A stretch of 64,000 bases of DNA from a virus (IMGVR_UViG_3300030372_001589:6524-70523); one strand, 5' to 3'. Positions 39,037-48,802 are shown, counted from the stretch's first letter. Translations and numbers: made by a program. Notes: generated from the letters alone by a model not told the origin.

Positions 39037-40245
39037 TCAAAACCAATCAAAATCAGTTTCAACGGGTTGGTTCACTTCAACAGGTGAACCTCTCTTTTCA
39101 GTTACATAAAGTCCTGAAACATTAATGGTTACAGGCTCCGGCCCTTCATCTGTAATTCGTTGAGATGTTTTTCCTACAATGATAACAGAAGAACCGATAC
39201 CAAAGTCTAATTCGATATTAGATGGAACCCAACAAGTAGTCATGTTGTTATCATTATCATAATCAAATTCAGCGTTTAGGTCAGTCACATTCAAAATGCG
39301 ATTACCGTTCTTTGTTGGCATCATATTCATATTACATACTGTACCGTCTGTAATAATGAAACGCTCATTATTAGGCAAAGTTTGTCTAGTAATGTGCGCT
39401 CTATCTATTTCAACAAGTGGTGTCAAATGACTGCCAAAGTTATTAGCAAGACATTCTTCAAAGTCATAACTATCCATATTTCTATAATCAGAATTGTCTG
39501 GGTTTAATTCAGCATTTCTAATTAGACTAGCCAATGTGGTTTCAGTCATACCATACAAGTTATTGCCGTCTTCACTTGGTATTGCTACAAAGTGAACAAA
39601 ATCATAGGTATTAGGAGTAAAGTTAACTCCACCTTGATTCTTATATGAGAAATTATATTTCTTCATTTCTCCACCTTCGACACTACCAAAGAATACTCCT
39701 GTTCTCCTAAATTGCTCAAGAGGAAGTGGTTTCCCAAAGTTACGGTTTTCACCGCCATTTTGGTATCTTTCGGTACTATCCAAAGGAATAATCCATACTC
39801 CATCATCCATTTCTTCGGCAGTAGCAGGTCTTTCTGTTACTGTCTTTTGTTGCATTTCACCCTTGAAATATCGGGTAATTTGCCATCCGGTAGCAGTTTC
39901 TTCTGCATTAGCGATAATACCTTCTTGTAAAGCATTATCAGCATCCCTTCTATATTCGTCTTTAGCCTTGTTTCTATTCCAAGACATCATATCCCTTGGT
40001 TCTTCAAGACCAACAAAGAACCCGAATACCTTCTTTACAAGTGAATTACTTGTTGTTCCGGTATTTGGCTTATTAGCCCTGCGACTTTGAGCAACATAAT
40101 TACGCCAAAGCCCCTTTGCTAACGGGTCTGTTGTTTCTATTCCGTTCTCTGAACAAATCTCCTTAAATTTGCTAATTGCATCTTCAAGGCTCATATCAAT
40201 ATATTGCACAGATTTTTCTATTTCGTTTTTCATTTCTTCGTTCAT
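39037..40245 (-). CDS. RPA-like single-stranded DNA-binding protein (OB folds)
   Basis: GTVCNM...NVTDL...TCWV...FGIGSSVIIVG...INVSGL OB pattern; acidic-aromatic tail ETDFDWF. Confidence 0.7.
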   Translation of the reverse strand: MNEEMKNEIEKSVQYIDMSLEDAISKFKEICSENGIETTDPLAKGLWRNYVAQSRRANKPNTGTTSNSLVKKVFGFFVGLEEPRDMMSWNRNKAKDEYRRDADNALQEGIIANAEETATGWQITRYFKGEMQQKTVTERPATAEEMDDGVWIIPLDSTERYQNGGENRNFGKPLPLEQFRRTGVFFGSVEGGEMKKYNFSYKNQGGVNFTPNTYDFVHFVAIPSEDGNNLYGMTETTLASLIRNAELNPDNSDYRNMDSYDFEECLANNFGSHLTPLVEIDRAHITRQTLPNNERFIITDGTVCNMNMMPTKNGNRILNVTDLNAEFDYDNDNNMTTCWVPSNIELDFGIGSSVIIVGKTSQRITDEGPEPVTINVSGLYVTEKRGSPVEVNQPVETDFDWF

Positions 40246-40266
40246 ATTTTTCCCTCATTTTTTTTC

Positions 40267-41181
40267 TTAAATTAATTGTCCTACCATCCAAGATAGTAAT
40301 ACCTTTGGTGTCATGGTAGTGGAACGCCATTCGCTTTCTCCTATTGTTCTTAGTAGTTTGAATTTTAACAGATTATCTAATCCTTCTGAATTAATTACTG
40401 CATCGTGAAGTCCTAAACAAATCTCTTTTACATTACGACCTTCATAAATTATATTATGAAGTTGGTTAAGAGATTCATTCGGTTTTTTATCTAGTATTAG
40501 CATTAGTATTTTATTATATTCTTGTAGTGAATTTTCGATTTGCTTTGTTAATGAAAAGCCAGATGATTTTGCGGCTTGTAGTTCCGTAATCGCCCTACGC
40601 ATGTCACCATCTAAGGAGGCTATAAAGGGAGTCAACTCATCATCCCTAAAATTAGATACCTGTTCCTTTTGAAGTATTTCTTTGATAACTTCTAAAACGG
40701 TTTCATTAGACAATGGCTTAAAATGATAGTTAGCACACCGACTTTGTAGTGGGTGAATAATCTTGCTCTTATCATTACAAGTAATAATAAAGCGTATATT
40801 AGCGGCATATCTTTCCATGATTCTTTTCAAAGCATTTTGAGCATCCTTTGTCATGCCATCCATTTCATCTAATAGACAGATTCTAAAAGGAACATCACCA
40901 ATAGTACCGCTTTGTGCGACATTCTTAATTGTGGTTCTTATCACTTCTAATCTTCTATCATCAGAAGCATTTACTTCAACAAAATTATCTTTAGCATGTT
41001 CTCCTAAAATACTCTTTGCTAATGCCAAACCTGCACCTGTTTTACCTGTACCTGCATTACCATAAAGTAATACATTAGGCATGTTCTTTTCTTCAACCCA
41101 TACTTCGGCATCTAAAACAAAATGTTCTTGCCCTTTGATATTTCGTAAAGTCTTAGGTCTATATTTTTCAGTCCATAACAT
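40267..41181 (-). CDS. rfcS: Replication factor C small subunit (clamp loader)
   Basis: LWTEKYRP, GNAGTGKT, NASDDR, LDEMD, AQNALKR, LQSRC. Confidence 0.95.
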   Translation of the reverse strand: MLWTEKYRPKTLRNIKGQEHFVLDAEVWVEEKNMPNVLLYGNAGTGKTGAGLALAKSILGEHAKDNFVEVNASDDRRLEVIRTTIKNVAQSGTIGDVPFRICLLDEMDGMTKDAQNALKRIMERYAANIRFIITCNDKSKIIHPLQSRCANYHFKPLSNETVLEVIKEILQKEQVSNFRDDELTPFIASLDGDMRRAITELQAAKSSGFSLTKQIENSLQEYNKILMLILDKKPNESLNQLHNIIYEGRNVKEICLGLHDAVINSEGLDNLLKFKLLRTIGESEWRSTTMTPKVLLSWMVGQLI

Positions 41182-41462
41182 TATACTCTCTCCCAATTAC
41201 TAGGTACTTCTCCGCCATTCTTTCTTTTCCTTTCTATGTATTTATAGTCAGGATTTGCTTTCCAAAGCGTAGTCTTTGCTTGTTTTCTTGTTTTAACAAA
41301 GAGTTTATTCTTTGCTAAAATACCAGCAATTTGCTGTCGTGTGAAAGACCTACCTCTTAAAGCATGTCCGTTTTCTTTCAATCTATGTTGTATTTCTCCT
41401 ACACCCATTTCTGTATCTTGTAATATAGAAAACAGTGTATTAACTAAATTTTTATTTTTCAA
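41181..41462 (-). CDS. Winged-helix DNA-binding protein
   Basis: MGVGEIQHRL...TRQQIAGIL...LW wHTH pattern. Confidence 0.55.
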   Translation of the reverse strand: MKNKNLVNTLFSILQDTEMGVGEIQHRLKENGHALRGRSFTRQQIAGILAKNKLFVKTRKQAKTTLWKANPDYKYIERKRKNGGEVPSNWERV

Positions 41463-42310
41463 AAATATTCCTCCAATGTATTCACTTTTATTTTTATTTT
41501 TTCAGTTCTTTTTCTTCTTTTCTTTTCGCCCAAATTAAGAATCCTACAATCACCATTATTGAATTTGGACTTGGCGTATTTTACGAAATCCTCATCCTTT
41601 ATCATTTGAGCAAAGATTCTTTTATCTCCGTTCTTAATACCCAACCTTTTAATCAGTTTAGGTATCTTAGAAAATGTGCCTCTTTTTGGCATGTTGATTC
41701 TCCCACGAATGTTACCACTATGACAATAGGCTAACATCTCGTAAAAGTATTTTTGACTCCATCTTCGTTTAACCACACCATCAATAAATAATATTTTATT
41801 GGGATGAATGTTTTCAACAATCCATGATAGAATCTGCGTATCGGGTGGTTTATTATGCTTCAAAACTTCTGAAACAATATCTCTATCTGTTTCTTTTAGA
41901 TAGAACATTACTAAAGAATAGGTGTCCTTATCCAAAGCAAACGGTTCTTGACTATGGGGTGCTAATTCTTTGATTGAATCTGTTAAATAATTATGAGAAC
42001 CTGCTCGTTTAATCTGGCACTTGGCCTTGATTTCCTTTGGAACATCTTTCTCATTAATAGATGTCAAAACTATATCTCCCCTATACCTTCTAATAACATT
42101 AAGAATCGACTCTTTATTAGGTTTATAATGCACATCTTCAATGATGATTCCATTCTCTTTAGGCAACGAACCTAAGTCTTGGATATTCATTTCATTTGCA
42201 TACACAACTAAAGCATTAGGTAACATACCCTTTGCCTTTGTTGTTTTTCCTGTTCCTGTTTTTCCTGTTATTAGTATTGGTCTATTGTTATTTAAATTAC
42301 TCATACCCAT
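41459..42310 (-). CDS. RFC large-subunit-like AAA+ protein (shortened)
   Basis: GKTGTGKT, IIIEDVH; C-terminal PIP-like NTLEEYF; two genes from rfcS. Confidence 0.7.
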   Translation of the reverse strand: MGMSNLNNNRPILITGKTGTGKTTKAKGMLPNALVVYANEMNIQDLGSLPKENGIIIEDVHYKPNKESILNVIRRYRGDIVLTSINEKDVPKEIKAKCQIKRAGSHNYLTDSIKELAPHSQEPFALDKDTYSLVMFYLKETDRDIVSEVLKHNKPPDTQILSWIVENIHPNKILFIDGVVKRRWSQKYFYEMLAYCHSGNIRGRINMPKRGTFSKIPKLIKRLGIKNGDKRIFAQMIKDEDFVKYAKSKFNNGDCRILNLGEKKRRKRTEKIKIKVNTLEEYF

Positions 42311-42714
42311 TATATCAATCCCTTTATACGGAATAATTCTTCTAATCCTTCTAGTGTTAAGTGTTTATTATCTGCTACTATATTCACCGCTTCTCTAAAC
42401 GGAGGCCATAGTTCATTCTTATCAATAAGGTGAGGATGAATTAATACCATCAACTTATAGATATTTTTAATGCCTCCAATTTTTAATATTGGTGCTGGTC
42501 TTGATTTAGACTCTTGTTTAGAAATAGAGCAAGTTATTTCATGTTGAAGAAGGGTTCTTGAAACCGCTTCAACAAATTGTTCTCTCCCTCTTAGTTTTAC
42601 CATCAGCCTAACTCTATAACCTATGTTAGAGTTATCATCTCTTATGATTTGTATTTCTGGTTTTCCTACACTTAACAAAATTCCTATTAACATATCTTTA
42701 CTATACATATTCAT
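42310..42714 (-). CDS. Degenerate single-motif LAGLIDADG endonuclease-like protein
   Basis: YRVRLMVKL, LKIGG, IHPHLIDK, KHLTLEGLEEL pattern; first helix LIGILLSVG lacks the acidic residue. Confidence 0.65.
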   Translation of the reverse strand: MNMYSKDMLIGILLSVGKPEIQIIRDDNSNIGYRVRLMVKLRGREQFVEAVSRTLLQHEITCSISKQESKSRPAPILKIGGIKNIYKLMVLIHPHLIDKNELWPPFREAVNIVADNKHLTLEGLEELFRIKGLI

Positions 42715-43057
42715 TTGCCCCCATCATTCCAATGAAGTCATGTTTTAATCTTAAATATTCGAGTCCTTCGGAAATAGTTGAAGTTATTAACTCTTCAATA
42801 TCTGAATTATCTCCACGGAAAACTATGTTTATTTGTGTTCCCCTATAATGACCTAAAGCATTTGCTAATTCCTCATCAATTATTTCTTCAATAATTAACA
42901 TCATATGGTCGTGTCCTTTATGGAGTAACCTAAGAGTTAATCCTTGCTGAATCATCAACAAATCTCTATTATCTATTTCTCCATAAACAAGATAAGTATA
43001 AGAAGTAACCCCTCCATACTCATTTATCCATTCTTGGATATGTTCATCTTGAAGCAC
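42701..43057 (-). CDS. Hypothetical protein
   Basis: GTG start with AGGTGA SD. Confidence 0.6.
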   Translation of the reverse strand: MLQDEHIQEWINEYGGVTSYTYLVYGEIDNRDLLMIQQGLTLRLLHKGHDHMMLIIEEIIDEELANALGHYRGTQINIVFRGDNSDIEELITSTISEGLEYLRLKHDFIGMMGANEYV

Positions 43058-43061
43058 AAAA

Positions 43062-43508
43062 TCACCTTTCTTTTACATAATCTTCCTGTGAAGGCCAATG
43101 CCCGTTAGGTTCTTGGGTATGGCTTAACTCCCACCAATACAAATGTTGTGCTGAAATCCTTTGATGGTTTTTAGCATTAGCATTGTTTTCAGCCCACACT
43201 ACCATATCAGTAACAGCACCCTCAAGCCATTCGGATAATAGACTTACAAAAGACCTACTAACAGGCATTTCCGTGCTATTGTTAATCAGTTGTTTAAGAC
43301 TGACTCTTGAAGAATATTTCTTCTTCACCGGCTGTTTAGGTTCAATAAACTCACCTTCTTCTGTAAAGTATGGAACAAGGTGTTGAAGCATCTTTCTTGG
43401 CCTACCCTGTTCGTGTAGGACATTCTTCAAATAAGCATAGCCTTCTTTCACTTCAATACAAGTATAGGTTTCTAAATCAATAACTGTCAATTGTCCTTTT
43501 TGTATCAT
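43062..43508 (-). CDS. Protein with C-terminal archaeal histone-fold-like domain
   Basis: aa ~67-125 (VSLKQLI...PVSRSFVSLLSEWLEG...AENNA...QRISAQHL) aligns by eye with HMf-type histones. Confidence 0.65.
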   Translation of the reverse strand: MIQKGQLTVIDLETYTCIEVKEGYAYLKNVLHEQGRPRKMLQHLVPYFTEEGEFIEPKQPVKKKYSSRVSLKQLINNSTEMPVSRSFVSLLSEWLEGAVTDMVVWAENNANAKNHQRISAQHLYWWELSHTQEPNGHWPSQEDYVKER

Positions 43509-44008
43509 TCTGGTTCCTCCATCTGTGTTTGTTTTAACAAATTCAAAATCATTTTAGGGTCTGCACCGTTTTCTAATTGAATAATTGCCATGTTTACAAA
43601 TGTTTTATGGCGAACAACTTCAGCGTATTCCTTTTCTGTTTCTTTCATTTTTTTATGAAATGCTTGCAAATCTTGGTTCAAAACAAATCCCGCTTCTTTA
43701 CTGATTTTTTTATCAATATGGATTCTTGAAGCCTCTGAAAGTCTTGGTAATTTAAGTGTTTGAATATCATATAATCTATGATGTAACAAACGCAGTTTTT
43801 TAATAGAAATTATCATACGCTTTTTGTATAATTCTAACATTCTTTCTGTTTGCTTTTGGTTCAGATTTTTTATCAAAAAGACATTACCCTTTTCATCTGC
43901 AATCAATTGCTCGATAGGCATAGCGTGATTTCTTTTTTTTGCTATCCTTTCTTCTTCTTCGGCTGTTTCCTTAATTTCATTATCATCATATACTATTGGA
44001 CTTTTCAT
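43505..44008 (-). CDS. Hypothetical helical protein
   Basis: 167 aa, ATGA overlaps. Confidence 0.6.
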   Translation of the reverse strand: MKSPIVYDDNEIKETAEEEERIAKKRNHAMPIEQLIADEKGNVFLIKNLNQKQTERMLELYKKRMIISIKKLRLLHHRLYDIQTLKLPRLSEASRIHIDKKISKEAGFVLNQDLQAFHKKMKETEKEYAEVVRHKTFVNMAIIQLENGADPKMILNLLKQTQMEEPE

Positions 44009-45543
44009 ATTATCATCTCTATCATATCATCTAAGGTATTAATATCCGCAACAAATTTATCATCACGAATACGGACACATCTAGGAAATCTTAATCCATA
44101 GTTACCTTCTGCATCTTGTGTTATTAAATCAGCAGTTACTTCTAAAACCACTCTAGGTAAGAAGTGATAAGTACCGTTTTCGTGATTATCAACTTGTCTT
44201 CTTAATTCATTAGTTAACCTAACTAATTGACTATCGCTAAAACCTGTACCGACAGAACCTAAATTAACATAGCCATCATTTTCAGTCCTTACACCTATTC
44301 CAAAAGTACCGAATACATTCGCTCTTTTGCCTTCGCCATATTTAGCAGTTAGAACAACCACATCTAAATTAATTCTAGGTGGCTTATATTTAGCCCAACC
44401 TACGCTTCTTTTACCTGCTTCATAAGGTAAAGAAGCATCCTTAACTATAATACCTTCAAAGCCGTCATTAATTGCTCTGCTGTAAAAGGCAAGAGCATCA
44501 ACGCATTCATCCGGCATTCTATGTGCTTGATTAGGTAATCCTTTGAATTTGTCAAGTCTATCTCTATAAGATAATTCCATGATAGTTTCACCATTAAACT
44601 TTAGACAATCAAAAATCACCCATTCAACAGGAACCTTTTCTATCGCTTCTGCATGGTTTTTAGAATGAACTCTTGTACCCATCTTCTTGTGTTCTGCTGG
44701 CGTACCATCTTCATTAATAGGATATATTTCACCATCTAGTATAACATTAGGTACATCATATTCTCTAACAATATCCGCTACATCAGAAAACTGCGGAGTA
44801 ACTACATTACCTTTACGATTAAAGATAATCACACTATCTCCTTCTTTATGGATTTGATAACGATTACCGTCATACTTGTAGTCCACTATTTTATCAAGAG
44901 GCCATTTATTCATAGGCAGGTCTTTTGCTAACATAGGTGCTACAAAAGAACCATGTTCAAGATTCATAGGTGGTTCACTGTTAGATTCATAATACCGTGC
45001 AACATTGGAAATAGAATTAAAGTTACAATGCTTTTTAACATCTGATAATTTCTTATTGTAATGTTTCGCTAATATCTTCTTAACTACTCCACTATTAATC
45101 CCGTTGCGTGGTGTTTTTAACCAATAGCGAATAAACCATCGGCATTCTAAGGCACTCATGTTTATCATGGCCTGTTGTATTGTCTTAAATGAATCAGTGT
45201 TAATCCCGTTACAGTCCATAGAAAGTAGCCGCAAGACGCTTGCAAGCGGCGTTTCTTCTCTAGTTTGTGCTGATATATCTAAATAATAAATAGCATCTCC
45301 TAAATCATCATGCGCTTTGTATTCGCTTTCTATCTCATCTTCAAAAACATTGTATATTTTAGCCATCCACTTCTTAGCCCTTGAAAGCCCTATGTTATTA
45401 TTAGGATATTCTTTGGCTAGGATAGAAAATAATGCTTGTTTATTCTTGAAGGTTCCCACTTGTTCCGTAATCATAGATACCTGTTTCGTTGGTGTTTCCC
45501 TGTCGGTGCTTTCTAATAATCTCGCTAATCTGCTCATTGTCAT
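44005..45543 (-). CDS. lig: ATP-dependent DNA ligase
   Basis: KYDG, LDGE, FDCL, EGIIVK, WAKYKP motifs plus N-terminal DBD and OB domain. Confidence 0.95.
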   Translation of the reverse strand: MTMSRLARLLESTDRETPTKQVSMITEQVGTFKNKQALFSILAKEYPNNNIGLSRAKKWMAKIYNVFEDEIESEYKAHDDLGDAIYYLDISAQTREETPLASVLRLLSMDCNGINTDSFKTIQQAMINMSALECRWFIRYWLKTPRNGINSGVVKKILAKHYNKKLSDVKKHCNFNSISNVARYYESNSEPPMNLEHGSFVAPMLAKDLPMNKWPLDKIVDYKYDGNRYQIHKEGDSVIIFNRKGNVVTPQFSDVADIVREYDVPNVILDGEIYPINEDGTPAEHKKMGTRVHSKNHAEAIEKVPVEWVIFDCLKFNGETIMELSYRDRLDKFKGLPNQAHRMPDECVDALAFYSRAINDGFEGIIVKDASLPYEAGKRSVGWAKYKPPRINLDVVVLTAKYGEGKRANVFGTFGIGVRTENDGYVNLGSVGTGFSDSQLVRLTNELRRQVDNHENGTYHFLPRVVLEVTADLITQDAEGNYGLRFPRCVRIRDDKFVADINTLDDMIEMII

Positions 45544-45673
45544 TTAAAATCATCTCTATATTTGTATTTACTGTAATAACCAATTCTTTTAGAAGGTGGC
45601 TAAGTTTACCTTCATGCTTTTCAGCATATTTCCACATGGCTTTTGATAAATAAATCCATTCACTCTTCTTCAT
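45440..45673 (-). CDS. Hypothetical protein
   Basis: Operon context; long 3' overlap with ligase. Confidence 0.45.
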   Translation of the reverse strand: MKKSEWIYLSKAMWKYAEKHEGKLSHLLKELVITVNTNIEMILNDNEQISEIIRKHRQGNTNETGIYDYGTSGNLQE

Positions 45674-46028
45674 CAGAAGCCGCCCCTTGGTCTATGCTAT
45701 TCATCAGCCTAACATAATTAATCATCATAGTCTGCATTACTGCTGACTCTTCGTTTTTATTCTGTTCCATCAAACGATGTAGCATGTGAATCATAGAGGC
45801 TTGGCTAATAGCAGGTGCTAATCTAGCCAAGTTATCTGAATGAAACATTTCCCAATACATCACAAAAGACGCTCTTGGTAAAAACATTCCATTTCTAACT
45901 ACTGCATAATTATCCTCAAAGTGGGATAATGCCGCAGGGTTTTTCTTAATCTTCTTCTTCATGGCTTTCGCCCATTCCACAAATCTTTTATCGTTTGTTA
46001 CATCTAAAAATATTTTATTCATATTCAT
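45660..46028 (-). CDS. Hypothetical protein
   Basis: 122 aa, ATGA overlap. Confidence 0.6.
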   Translation of the reverse strand: MNMNKIFLDVTNDKRFVEWAKAMKKKIKKNPAALSHFEDNYAVVRNGMFLPRASFVMYWEMFHSDNLARLAPAISQASMIHMLHRLMEQNKNEESAVMQTMMINYVRLMNSIDQGAASDEEE

Positions 46029-46306
46029 TCTTCTTCATCTCCAAATAATTTATTCAAAAATAATAATTTTAACATATGTCCTGAAAACTTACTCCAAGAT
46101 TTATCAATATGTTCTTTTGTCACTCTTGAACCTCTCCCTTCTCCTGCGCCCACCGGCATTTCTAATTCTATAAAAGCAGACCATAAATCAATCAATTCAG
46201 CAGTATATCTCCTATGGCGGTCTAAAGCCCCCATTTCAAATTGTCTATGTGGGTTTGCCCTTCTAACGCTAGCCTTTGTTTGTACTTCACTAGTTCTAAA
46301 TCTCAT
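46025..46306 (-). CDS. Hypothetical protein
   Basis: 93 aa, ATGA overlap. Confidence 0.55.
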   Translation of the reverse strand: MRFRTSEVQTKASVRRANPHRQFEMGALDRHRRYTAELIDLWSAFIELEMPVGAGEGRGSRVTKEHIDKSWSKFSGHMLKLLFLNKLFGDEEE

Positions 46307-46497
46307 TCTAATTCCCTCTTTAATATATTTAATAATGTCTTTGCTTCGTCTATATTTAGACGAATGCCTTTTGTTGGCTTGTTGTTTTTATGCCATCTAA
46401 TATCCATGACTTCTATATTCCAATAGATGCCTCTTTTAACAAGGACTTCATCGTTAGCATTTCTAACGATTCTTCCTTTTATTTCCATTTCACTCAC
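46303..46497 (-). CDS. PC4/p15-like ssDNA-binding protein
   Basis: VMDIRW...PTKGIRL..DEAKTL matches PC4 DIR...KGIsL. Confidence 0.75.
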   Translation of the reverse strand: MSEMEIKGRIVRNANDEVLVKRGIYWNIEVMDIRWHKNNKPTKGIRLNIDEAKTLLNILKRELE

Positions 46498-46894
46498 TAA
46501 ACCACCCCTGTTTGAATTTATCTAATTCCTTTCTAGAAGTATAATACTTAGGTGTATCTAATTCATCTAAACGATTCACTACCCAGCAAGCCCCACCTAA
46601 AGATGAAACTTGAACAATCTCATACTGCCCTTCATTTACATTAATGACCTCAACAGTATTAATTTCTGGAACTAAACCGTAAGTCTTAGTTATCTCATTA
46701 GCAACATCATGTATATTTTCAACAACATACTTGATGATATGCGCTCTTTGTATTGGTATTTTAGGTGCTACTTGAATAGATAATTTACCTGTCATTTTAC
46801 AAACAATACATTTGTTTCCTTCACAAATAGGGCATTTAACTTCTGCCGCATGAGGGGCAGGTAAAGTTACAGTTACGGCTCTTTTCTTAGACAT
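46490..46894 (-). CDS. Zn-finger protein (CxxCxG..CxxC..G)
   Basis: CPICEGNKCIVCKMTG. Confidence 0.6.
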   Translation of the reverse strand: MSKKRAVTVTLPAPHAAEVKCPICEGNKCIVCKMTGKLSIQVAPKIPIQRAHIIKYVVENIHDVANEITKTYGLVPEINTVEVINVNEGQYEIVQVSSLGGACWVVNRLDELDTPKYYTSRKELDKFKQGWFSE

Positions 46895-46895
46895 A

Positions 46896-48416
46896 TTATT
46901 CCTCCACTAATACTGCTACTTCAGTAGTTAGGAAAAGTTTTGCTATTGACATAGCCGCAAGGAAACTGTTTCTTGTTACCTTTACAGGGTCAACAATTCC
47001 TAATTCGAACATATCTCCTACAACTCCCGTCATGGCATTAAGGGATTCGTTCTCCTTTAGGATTCTAAACATAATTTCCCCTTCAACGCTACTATTTTCA
47101 CATAGAGTTACAAATGGGGAAAACAATGATTCATAAACAATATGATGTCCCTTCTTTGCTACATCTAAATAGTTTCTCGCATTAAGAAGTGCTTTACCAC
47201 CACCAATAACAACTCCTTCATCAAGTGCCGCTTTAGTAGCATTAAGCGCATCATCTAATCTTTCTTTAGTTTCACGCATTTCCATTTGCGAAGATGCACC
47301 AACTTGAATAGTGGCAATACCGCCATTCAATCTTGCAACACGCTTTTTGTAGCGCATCTTGTCAAACTTGTCATCTGTCGATTCATACAGTTCTTTCAGT
47401 GAAAACACTTTATGTTTCTTAGAATCAGAATCAGAATTACCTCCACCGATAATAACTGTGCTGTCTTTAGAAATAATTACTCTATCAGCAGTACCTAACT
47501 CATCCAATGTAGTCATTGATGGGTCGTCTTTACTTTCTTCGTTAAACATCTTTCCACCACAAATAGTTACAATATCGTCTAACTCATCTAATTGAGCATC
47601 ACCGAAGTTTGGTGCTTTTACTACTGCTACTTCAATTGTCTTTTGAAGCACATTCATAATTACATTACTTAAAGCGGAACCCTCCATTCCTCGACAAATG
47701 ATTACTAGCGGTTTCTTATTCTTAGCACATAATTCTAATAGCGGAAGTATTTCTTGGAAATTTCTAATATTCAGATTAGATGAAAAGATAACAGGATTAT
47801 CAAATGTTACTTTGCTATCATCACCATTACACATCATATGACTTAGATAACCTTCGTCAAACTCTAAACCATCTCTTGTAATTATTTGAGTTTTATGCGT
47901 CTTAGATTCTTCAACGGTAATGATACCATCTCGACCTACTGCGCTAATAGCCTCTTGAATCAATCCTCCTAAATAAGAATCATTATTTGCCGCAATAGTG
48001 GCAACATCTTGAATATCATCATCGTGAATAGCGGTCTTGCTAGATTTTAGATATGCCACAATAATTTCTTGAGCCTCTTCTAATTCATTTTGAAGGACTC
48101 TTATATTGTAATTCTCTTGTTTTTGAATATTATCAACAAGTGCTTGAGCAATAATACAAGCCGTTGTTGTACCATCGCCGGAATTGTCTTGTGCTTTACT
48201 TGCTAAGTTTTGAACCATTTGAACGCCCATTTGAACATAAGGGTCATTACTTGATACATACTTAGTGATAGTAACTCCGTCATTAATTACAACAGGTGGA
48301 TTACCTTGCAGAATTACTGTCTTTGCCTGTGGCCCCAATGTGGGTTTAACAGTATTTGCTACTAAATCAATTCCTTCTTTCAATTTTGTTTTTACTTCTT
48401 CTCCATTAATTATCAT
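46896..48416 (-). CDS. groEL: Group I chaperonin (GroEL-like)
   Basis: TLGP, NDGVTI, GDGTTTA, VKAPNFGD, RLNGGIA, ERLDDALNATKAA, GIVDPVKVTR. Confidence 0.95.
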   Translation of the reverse strand: MIINGEEVKTKLKEGIDLVANTVKPTLGPQAKTVILQGNPPVVINDGVTITKYVSSNDPYVQMGVQMVQNLASKAQDNSGDGTTTACIIAQALVDNIQKQENYNIRVLQNELEEAQEIIVAYLKSSKTAIHDDDIQDVATIAANNDSYLGGLIQEAISAVGRDGIITVEESKTHKTQIITRDGLEFDEGYLSHMMCNGDDSKVTFDNPVIFSSNLNIRNFQEILPLLELCAKNKKPLVIICRGMEGSALSNVIMNVLQKTIEVAVVKAPNFGDAQLDELDDIVTICGGKMFNEESKDDPSMTTLDELGTADRVIISKDSTVIIGGGNSDSDSKKHKVFSLKELYESTDDKFDKMRYKKRVARLNGGIATIQVGASSQMEMRETKERLDDALNATKAALDEGVVIGGGKALLNARNYLDVAKKGHHIVYESLFSPFVTLCENSSVEGEIMFRILKENESLNAMTGVVGDMFELGIVDPVKVTRNSFLAAMSIAKLFLTTEVAVLVEE

Positions 48417-48586
48417 TCTATCATCTCCACATCATTAATATTGTATTTATTCAAGCCGTAATATCCTTCACCATGATAAGGAATACCAACATATAGAGTA
48501 TAGCATTCTTCACTACAAAAGGCTCTTTGCCCTATTGGTGTCATAACTAGATACTCCATCGTTTCTTCACCGCAATTAGCACACAA
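48413..48586 (-). CDS. 57-aa TRASH/YHS-like Zn finger between groES and groEL (not in ORF track)
   Basis: TTG start right after the groES stop; CANC-x18-FCSEEC; ATGA overlap with groEL. Confidence 0.65.
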   Translation of the reverse strand: MCANCGEETMEYLVMTPIGQRAFCSEECYTLYVGIPYHGEGYYGLNKYNINDVEMIE

Positions 48587-48802
48587 TCATACCACCGCCA
48601 AAATGAACTCATAAGGAATAAAAAGAAGGTCATTTTGCTTTGTATATTCTCTCTTATCATTAAAGAGAACAGTCTTATCTCTAAGACTTGTATCGACCTT
48701 ACAATCTATTACCTTTCCTTCATTAGCGGCTTTGGTTAATATACCGCTTTCGCTCTTTTTTTCTTCTATTTTTACAATAACATATTCGCCTACTGCTCTC
48801 AT
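48587..48802 (-). CDS. groES: GroES-like co-chaperonin (short)
   Basis: AVGEYVIVK..KSESGIL...GKVI...VLF...ILAVV. Confidence 0.8.
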   Translation of the reverse strand: MRAVGEYVIVKIEEKKSESGILTKAANEGKVIDCKVDTSLRDKTVLFNDKREYTKQNDLLFIPYEFILAVV

